Source of the DNA: Candidatus Iainarchaeum sp.
GTDB taxonomy: Archaea > Iainarchaeota > Iainarchaeia > Iainarchaeales > CSSED10-239
DNA length: 16,389 nt
Reading direction: 5' to 3'
Assembly (NCBI GenBank): GCA_028700115.1
Contig: JAQVTI010000015.1
Coordinates: 1 to 16,389 of the forward strand
In this document: positions 7,405-12,861 of the stretch, piece after piece
Numbering within the stretch: the stretch's first letter is position 1
Layout: each line of letters opens with the position of its first letter
Made by a program: the position numbers and the translations under genes
Notes under the pieces: model-generated
What the model saw: only the letters and a program-made list of their open reading frames with translations
Told to the model about the DNA's origin: nothing
Databases searched by the model: none

Positions 7405-7906
7405 ATTTATTCCCCTTTTTTCTAATATAAGTTTGAAATGAAAAAAATTCTTTTTTATCTTCAGAAATTAAATCCCATTTATTCAAATCAATTTCTGGGA
7501 AATAAGTATCTCCATCATATTCTTTATAAATTTTAGTAAGTTCTATCTTATCTGCAAATTCAATTGCTTGTTTATATACAAAAGCTCCACCAATAATATA
7601 AATTTTAGAATCTTTTTGTTTAGCATAAGAAATTGAATCTTCTAGAGAATGTTTTATAATAATTTCAGAAAAATCGAAAGAATCATCTTTAAAAGTTAAA
7701 ACAATATTATCTCTATTAGGTAATGGTTTTTTAGGTAAAGATAAAAATGTATTTTTACCCATAATAATTGGATGATTTAAAGTTAATTCTTTAAAATGTT
7801 TGAAATCTTCTGAAAAATGCCAAGGAATTTTATTATCTTTTCCAATAACATTATTTGAAGCAGCTGCCGCAATTATAATAACTTCATTACACATATACAT
7901 ATTCAC
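7352..7906 (-). CDS. folA: Dihydrofolate reductase
   Basis: IIIAAAASNNVIGKDNKIPWHFSEDFKHFKELTLNHPIIMGKNTFLSL and IYIIGGAFVYKQA match the classical DHFR pattern (compare E. coli [47 protein letters not shown]). The track start at 7906 is a GTG lying inside the SD GGTGA. The ATG at 7892-7894, 8 nt after the SD, is the likelier start. The 3' end overlaps the next gene by 53 nt. Confidence 0.9.
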   Translation of the reverse strand: MNMYMCNEVIIIAAAASNNVIGKDNKIPWHFSEDFKHFKELTLNHPIIMGKNTFLSLPKKPLPNRDNIVLTFKDDSFDFSEIIIKHSLEDSISYAKQKDSKIYIIGGAFVYKQAIEFADKIELTKIYKEYDGDTYFPEIDLNKWDLISEDKKEFFSFQTYIRKKGNKYDFRINWVFSLWKRNCY

Positions 7907-7920
7907 CTATAAATTAACAT

Positions 7921-8785
7921 CTAAACAACAATTTCAAATGAAATTTTAGGATGTTTCTTATAATCAACTAATTCAGTATCAGTATATTTCCAATCAAAAA
8001 TTGATTTAAAATTATTAGTTTTAATTTCTGGAAGAGAATATGGTTCTCTTTTAAGTTGTTCTTTTAAACCAGAGATGTGATTTTCATACACATGTGTATC
8101 TCCTAAAAACCCAATTAATTTACCTTCTTTTAAACCAGCTTCTTTTGCAAGTAAATGTAATAATAAAGCATAACTTGCAATATTAAAAGGAAGGCCTAAA
8201 GCAGAATCAACTGATCTTTGATTCCATAATAAATTTAATTTACCATTAATAACTGTTACTTGAAAACCATAATGACAAGGTGGAAGTGCCATTCTATGTA
8301 AATCCAAAGGATTCCATGCAGAAACTATCATTCTTCTATCTGATGGATTTTTCTTTAAAGTTTCAACTAATTTTTTTAATTGATCAACACCTTTTCCTTC
8401 AGGTTTTTTATCAAATGTAATATATTTTGCACCAAAATTTCTCCATTGCCAACCATAAATAGGACCAAGTTCTCTTTCTTCTTTCATTTTATTTTTAGTT
8501 TCTTCATCATGTCCATATTCCACTTTATCAGAAGAACACCATTCATCCCAAATATGATTATTTTCTGTAATTAACCATTTTTTATCAGTTAAACCTTTTA
8601 TAAAAAATTCAAGTTCAAAAGCAATTAATCTAAAAGACACACTTTTAGTTGTTAAAACAGGAAATCCATCTGCCATATCATGCTCAAATATAGCTCCTGC
8701 AATTACAAATGTATCAACTCCTGTTCTATTTGGTTTTCGTTCTCCTTTTTTAAATATTTTTTATAATACTAAGATATGCTTTCAT
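7921..8785 (-). CDS. thyA: Thymidylate synthase ThyA, interrupted by a 1-nt frameshift after about codon 11
   Basis: The track ORF (7921..8676) starts at MADGFPVLTTK and lacks the conserved N-terminus. The same frame continues upstream as KIFKKGERKPNRTGVDTFVIAGAIFEHD (ThyA dRTGtGt block) back to a stop at 8761-8763. An ATG at 8783-8785, preceded by AAGGGG, encodes MKAYLSIIKNI* in the adjacent frame (compare T4 td MKQYQDLIKDIFENG). The two frames join inside the T6/A6 homopolymers at 8746-8762. Confidence 0.88.
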
Positions 8786-8800
8786 TTAAAAAAACCCCTT

Positions 8801-9475
8801 CTAGATCACATTTCTTTTTTTAATTTCTTCAAAAATTATATTATTAATATTTTCTCTAGATTTAATCCAATCATTTCCATCAGAACAATCTATTTGTATC
8901 CAATTATATTTATCTGCAACATACTTAAATGCATTAAGTGCATTTCTCATATGCTTAGAATCATTTTCATGAATATCTTTTGTTTTATCCATATTTGTTT
9001 TTTTAACATTAAGTGCAAGTTTTCTAGAAATATCTGTATCTAAATATAATAAAATATTAATATCAGGTTTAGGAATTTTACAAATATTAAATTCTAAATC
9101 ATAAAGCCAATCTAAAAATTTATTTCTTTTATCTAAATCTAAAATTTTCCCTGCCTGATGACCCATACTTGCAGAAACATACCTATCACAAATAACTATT
9201 TTACCTTCTTCAAACCATTTTCTAATTTTTATAGCTCCAGCAAATCTATCAACTGCATAAAATAAAGAAGCTTGATATGCATCAACTTGATCAATAGTTC
9301 CATATATTCCATTAAGATAATCTTCAGTAGGTGCAGCTGATTTTAAACCATATTGAGGAAAATCAATAGTTTCTACAAAAAAACCTTCTTTTTCTAGTCT
9401 TTCTTTTAACATTAGAGTTTGGGTATGTTTTCCACAACCATCAGTTCCATCAATAACAATTAGTTTTCCTTTCAT
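8801..9475 (-). CDS. tmk: Thymidylate kinase (dTMP kinase)
   Basis: MKGKLIVIDGTDGCGKHTQ (GxDGxGK P-loop), YAVDRF and VICDRYVSAS match Tmk motifs. SD AGGGG lies upstream. It is the first gene of the dTMP operon. Confidence 0.9.
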   Translation of the reverse strand: MKGKLIVIDGTDGCGKHTQTLMLKERLEKEGFFVETIDFPQYGLKSAAPTEDYLNGIYGTIDQVDAYQASLFYAVDRFAGAIKIRKWFEEGKIVICDRYVSASMGHQAGKILDLDKRNKFLDWLYDLEFNICKIPKPDINILLYLDTDISRKLALNVKKTNMDKTKDIHENDSKHMRNALNAFKYVADKYNWIQIDCSDGNDWIKSRENINNIIFEEIKKRNVI

Positions 9476-9649
9476 AATTAAAACCCCTTTTTAAAAATAA
9501 GATAGTTAAAACAATTTAAAAACAAAGCTATTTGAAAAACAAAATAAAAATTATAAATGCATGAAAAAACATGCACATTATAAAATAAAAATAAACAAAA
9601 TATAATAATCTATTTTAAAAAACAAAGAATCATATTAAATATAAAAAAA

Positions 9650-10003
9650 CTAAAATGATTTAACTTGTATAATCTTTTCAGTTCTTTCAGAAAGTTGAGA
9701 ATAATCTAAATAATGTTCATTTACAGCAAACATAACATCATGACTTCCTGGTTTTATTCCTTGAAAAGCATATATAGGAAATTTAAATATTTTAGTCTCA
9801 TCAGGCTTAACTTCACCTATTCTTTGACCTGCTGCTTTTTTAAGTCCACTTTTATCTAATGATAAATCATTATCAAGTATAATATCATAACTTAAAAGTT
9901 TAGTTTCATTTCCTTTATTTGTAATTCTTACTATTAATTCAACAGGTTCTTTTTCTTTAATATTTAATCTATAAGGATATATGGAGCTTACAATATTTAT
10001 CAT
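9650..10003 (-). CDS. Hypothetical 117-aa cytoplasmic protein, possibly a single beta-sandwich (CARDB-like) domain
   Basis: SD GGTGA lies 5 nt upstream of the ATG. There is no signal peptide or TM segment. The motif EPVELIVRITNKGNET resembles the first strands of CARDB-type domains. No function can be assigned. Confidence 0.5.
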   Translation of the reverse strand: MINIVSSIYPYRLNIKEKEPVELIVRITNKGNETKLLSYDIILDNDLSLDKSGLKKAAGQRIGEVKPDETKIFKFPIYAFQGIKPGSHDVMFAVNEHYLDYSQLSERTEKIIQVKSF

Positions 10004-10118
10004 AATTTCACCTTTTTAATAATTTTAAAATATTATATTCTAATATATATAAGTTAAATAGGTTTATATTAATTACCATTTATATCATATATTAATAATA
10101 AAAAAATAATGATTAAAT

Positions 10119-10913
10119 ATGAATATACTTTTAATTAATTCAAAAAAAGATGATGCATCTAATAATTTAACAAAAAGTTTAGAAAATATATATAATTTTA
10201 AAAAAATTAAAGAAAATTTATATATTTTAGATGAAATAAATAATTTAAATCAAATAAGTTTAATAAAAATAGATAAATTACACATATATCTTGAAAAAGA
10301 ATATTTAGAAAAAATTACAAAAGATTATGACATAGTTATATTTTTATCAAAACATTCAACTCTTTCAGAAACTAAACCAAAAGCTATGACAGTTCATGCA
10401 ATTGGAAATTTTGGAAAAGCAGAACTTGGTGGAGAAGATAAAATATTAGTTCAAACTGATCCAATTTTGATTAGATTATTATTATATAATCTTAAAAAAA
10501 ATAAAATAAAAGAAATAAAACCATATGAAGTTAAACAAGAAGCAACTCATCATGGGCCTTATTTAGAAAAAACAGCTTTATTCTATGAAATTGGTTCTCA
10601 AAAATCTGATTGGGAAAATAAAGATGTTGGAGAATATATGGCTAAAATTCTTATTCAAACTATTAGAAATTATAATAAAGAAGAAATAAAAAAAAAAAAT
10701 AATTGGATAGAAGCAGTAGGTATAAGTAAATCTCATTATTGTACACAATTTAATAAATATACATTTAAAAAAAACTTTAAATATTGTATAGGACATGTAT
10801 TTCCAAAATATGCCCTAAAAGAGTATAAAAATAATAATTTAGAAGAAGAAATTTTAAAAAAAATTAATACAAAAATAATAATTAATGAAAAAAATATTTC
10901 TAATTTTACTTAG
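10119..10913 (+). CDS. dtdA: D-aminoacyl-tRNA deacylase, archaeal DTD2 type
   Basis: SKHSTLSETKPKAMTVHAIGNFGKAELGGEDKIL and VKQEATHHGPYLEKTALFYEIGSQKSDW match the DTD2 (tRNA_deacylase) signature blocks (tvHxxGNfgxAxxGG ... EATHHGP ... fvEIGS). This is the only plus-strand gene. Confidence 0.85.
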   Translation: MNILLINSKKDDASNNLTKSLENIYNFKKIKENLYILDEINNLNQISLIKIDKLHIYLEKEYLEKITKDYDIVIFLSKHSTLSETKPKAMTVHAIGNFGKAELGGEDKILVQTDPILIRLLLYNLKKNKIKEIKPYEVKQEATHHGPYLEKTALFYEIGSQKSDWENKDVGEYMAKILIQTIRNYNKEEIKKKNNWIEAVGISKSHYCTQFNKYTFKKNFKYCIGHVFPKYALKEYKNNNLEEEILKKINTKIIINEKNISNFT

Positions 10914-10925
10914 TTATTTTATTTA

Positions 10926-10934
10926 TTTTTTTTT
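10926..10934 (+). terminator. Oligo-T tract (T9), candidate archaeal terminator for dtdA
   Basis: The T9 run lies 13 nt after the dtdA stop, in the 32-bp spacer between the convergent genes. Confidence 0.3.
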
Positions 10935-10945
10935 ATTTTGCTTTT

Positions 10946-12061
10946 TTATTTAGTTTTTTTAAAATATTTATTAGAAATATATTCTTTTACTTTTTTATCA
11001 AGAGCATAAATTGTACTTAAATCAGGATATGGGTCATAAAATTCAGAATTTTCTAAAACATCTTTAAGAATATTTATTAACTTTGTATTTTTTAAAAATT
11101 TATTATAAAAATTAGAAATACAAAAAAATTCACAAATTAAATAAAATAAAATTGGCAAGGTTCCTTTTTTTTTCAAACAATCAAGACTTATTTTAAAAAT
11201 ATTATATTTATTTATATTAAATTTATTTATTCTTAAAGAAATATCTTCATATTGAAAATCGTCTTCTAAAATTATTCTATTTTTTATAAAATAAAAATTA
11301 AACATACTATCTATATTTTTACTTGCTGAATGTATAACATTACTTCCGTCTTTAAATCTTACAGCAACACTAATAAATCTCATAGATTGTTCATAAAACC
11401 AAAATTTTTCTAAAGGAATATCATACATATAATTAATAATAAATAAATCACTTGCAAGTCTAATTTTATTAATTGAATAAAATTTTTTAATATATTCTAA
11501 AAGTACTGTATATTCTTTTGGATATATATCTTTTTCTTTATAAACTGTAGTAAAAAGACTTATTTTAGAAATATCTGAAAGATTTTTATTTGATAAAAAC
11601 CAGTCTAAAGAATATGCTGGATAAGAATAAACTTTTAATTTAACTCCTTTTAATTTTGCTTCTTTTGGAATTATTTTACCAGAATAAAGTAGAGGAGAAG
11701 TATTTAATAAATTTATATCTTTAAACTCATAAATTGCAGATAAAATATATTTTACACTTAAAATACCCGAAAGAGCACAAACAATTTCATCAATTTTAAC
11801 TGATTTTATAAATAAAGAATAATCTGTATACACTGTTGCATTTGTTTCAATTTCAATTTTTTCAATTAAAGATTTATCTTCTACAAAAATATATTCTATA
11901 GAATAATCTTTTAAAATTTGTATAAAATCATCTAAATTATCACAATTATTATCAAAACTAACTGCAGAAATTTTATATTTTTTAGAATATTTTTTAAAAA
12001 ATTCTAAAGATCTAAGACCTAAAAAATTATTTATTCCTAAAATACCTATATTTTTTATCAT
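10946..12061 (-). CDS. DXR-like protein (1-deoxy-D-xylulose-5-phosphate reductoisomerase fold) with degenerate cofactor and catalytic motifs
   Basis: 371 aa, collinear by eye with E. coli Dxr. [32 protein letters not shown] aligns with [46 protein letters not shown] aligns with [30 protein letters not shown] aligns with [31 protein letters not shown] aligns with [29 protein letters not shown] aligns with ATTALNAANEITV. GSTGSIG, NKES, DSEH and HPQS are all substituted. Confidence 0.5.
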   Translation of the reverse strand: [371 protein letters not shown]

Positions 12062-12192
12062 AAATATATATTATTACAAGTTATTTTTAAAGTTAATTAT
12101 TATTCTAAAAAATAAATTTGGTAGGTTTTTCTTTTAAAAAAAATAATAAAAAATATTCTTAAAAAAATTAATTAAAATTTTAAAAAAATTAG

Positions 12193-12213
12193 AAAAAAAA
12201 AAAAGAAAAAAAA
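12193..12213 (-). terminator. T8-C-T12 tract on the minus strand, candidate terminator of the small basic-protein gene
   Basis: The plus strand reads A12-G-A8, which is T8-C-T12 when read 5'->3' on the minus strand, about 50 nt downstream of the TAA at 12260-12262. Several further T runs follow in the 198-bp spacer. Confidence 0.35.
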
Positions 12214-12259
12214 TATTAAAAAAAATAATATATTTTTTAAAAAACTTATTTTTTTTTAA

Positions 12260-12430
12260 TTATTTTTTTTTAACTGGTGCTTTTTTCTTAACAACAGCTT
12301 TTTTCACTGGAGCTTTTTTCTTAACAACAGCTTTTTTCACTGGAGCTTTTTTCTTAACAACAGCTTTTTTCACTGGAGCTTTTTTCTTAACAACAGCTTT
12401 TTTCACTGGAGCTTTTTTCTTAACAACCAT
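12260..12430 (-). CDS. 56-aa lysine-rich repeat protein, M(VVKKKAPVKKA)x4-VVKKKAPVKKK; candidate H1-like nucleic-acid-binding polycation
   Basis: Not in the ORF track because it is too short. ATG at 12428-12430 and TAA at 12260-12262. The strongest SD in the window, AAGGAAGGAGGG (rc of 12439-12450), lies 8 nt upstream. Of the five substitutions in the fifth repeat, GCT->GCA and GTG->GTT are synonymous. Confidence 0.7.
   Translation of the reverse strand: MVVKKKAPVKKAVVKKKAPVKKAVVKKKAPVKKAVVKKKAPVKKAVVKKKAPVKKK
12263..12427 (-). repeat. Five tandem 33-bp repeats, in frame and coding
   Basis: The unit on the plus strand is agcttttttcactggagcttttttcttaacaac. Four copies (12296-12427) are identical at every base. 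The fifth (12263-12295) differs at 5 of 33 positions. Confidence 0.95.
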
Positions 12431-12474
12431 AAAACTTTCCCTCCTTCCTTTTCTGCCATGCAGATTTTAATAAT

Positions 12475-12482
12475 ATTATATA
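12475..12482 (-). promoter_or_regulatory. TATA-like element (TATATAAT on the minus strand) for the small basic-protein gene
   Basis: It lies 45-52 nt upstream of the ATG. A TSS about 25 nt downstream would give a short 5' UTR containing the SD. AT-richness makes TATA calls weak. Confidence 0.25.
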
Positions 12483-12499
12483 CTATATTGTGTATATAT

Positions 12500-12517
12500 A
12501 AACATTTATAAATGTTT
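12500..12517. promoter_or_regulatory. 18-bp perfect palindrome AAACATTTATAAATGTTT
   Basis: The sequence is self-complementary over all 18 positions. It lies 70-87 nt upstream of the small basic-protein ATG, just distal to the putative TATA element. Confidence 0.35.
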
Positions 12518-12554
12518 CATAAAAAAGAAATTTAATTTTAATTAAAAAAAATAT

Positions 12555-12573
12555 ATCTGTCCAAAATATTTTG
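12555..12573 (+). repeat. Degenerate copy of the 19-nt motif (ATCTGTCCAAAATATTTTG)
   Basis: It shares the TGTCCAA core and the downstream TG/AAAA with the three good copies. Identity is about three quarters when the flanking AAAA is included. Confidence 0.3.
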
Positions 12574-12714
12574 AAAACCAAAATACTCTAAAACCTTATA
12601 AATAAATAAATAAAGAAACATTTTAAATAAATAAATAAATAAAATATAAAAATATAAAGTTTTATTCAAAATAAATATTTTTAATTTTATAAAAAAATAA
12701 TATTTATTTCACAT

Positions 12715-12733
12715 TTTTGTCCAACAAATAATG
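12715..12733 (+). repeat. Copy of the 19-nt intergenic motif, TTTTGTCCAACAAATAATG
   Basis: Near-identical to 12807..12825 (18/19) and 381..399 (18/19). Similarity to the 12807 copy extends into the following AAAA(A)TAAAA. Confidence 0.6.
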
Positions 12734-12806
12734 AAAATAAAATAATTAAACAATTAAAAATAAATCAAATCACAAAATTATTTTACAAAAAAATATAATA
12801 ATAATA

Positions 12807-12825
12807 TTTTGTCCAACAAATTATG
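12807..12825 (+). repeat. Copy of the 19-nt intergenic motif, TTTTGTCCAACAAATTATG
   Basis: It lies 37-55 nt downstream of the EF-2 stop. The copy at 381..399 has the same placement and orientation relative to the stop at 437. Confidence 0.6.
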
Positions 12826-12831
12826 AAAAAT

Positions 12832-12838
12832 AAAAAAA
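12832..12838 (-). terminator. Oligo-T (T7 on the minus strand), candidate EF-2 terminator
   Basis: The A7 run on the plus strand lies 24-30 nt after the EF-2 TAG stop (12862-12864). Confidence 0.3.
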
Positions 12839-12861
12839 GATTTTAAAGATTAGAAATAAAT

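Noticed and set aside
8380-8574. Plus-strand 64-aa ORF
   Set aside because: It is antisense to the conserved ThyA core, and its F/I-rich composition is typical of an antisense reading of AT-rich genes. The same reasoning applies to 10578..10796 (antisense to dtdA) and 16077..16292 (antisense to the PEP-utilizer gene).
8746-8762. A prfB-style programmed +1 frameshift in thyA (ATT TAA A context)
   Set aside because: A stop codon at the shift site is reminiscent of prfB. However, the P-site codon ATT does not re-pair well in the +1 frame (TTT), and no stimulatory SD lies at the right distance. The site also sits in homopolymers prone to sequencing error, so an indel is more parsimonious.
9558-9575. 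Inverted repeat TGCATG-AAAAAA-CATGCA in the spacer upstream of tmk
   Set aside because: The stem is only 6 bp, and TGCATG is itself palindromic. That is too short to distinguish from chance. It is kept only as a possible minor terminator or operator to revisit if transcript ends map there.
12136-12244. A series of A-tracts that might indicate phased DNA curvature or an origin-like unwinding element
   Set aside because: A-run starts are spaced about 8-13 bp apart (mostly 12-13) plus one 21-bp gap. This is not the 10-11 bp helical phase needed for strong intrinsic bending. No ORB-like inverted repeats or orc1/cdc6 gene are adjacent. The tracts are more simply the oligo-T terminator field of the basic-protein gene plus the promoter region of the DXR-like gene.
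12263-12427. Regularly spaced 33-bp repeats that might suggest a CRISPR array
   Set aside because: The repeats are directly abutting with no spacers. They are in frame within an SD-led ORF, and no cas genes or leader sequence are nearby. This is a coding tandem repeat, not a CRISPR array.
12599-12643. Two (TAAA)n blocks, 12599-12614 and 12624-12643
   Set aside because: This is simple low-complexity sequence expected in an extremely AT-rich spacer. It has no associated structure or coding potential. It is noted only as possible slippage-prone DNA.
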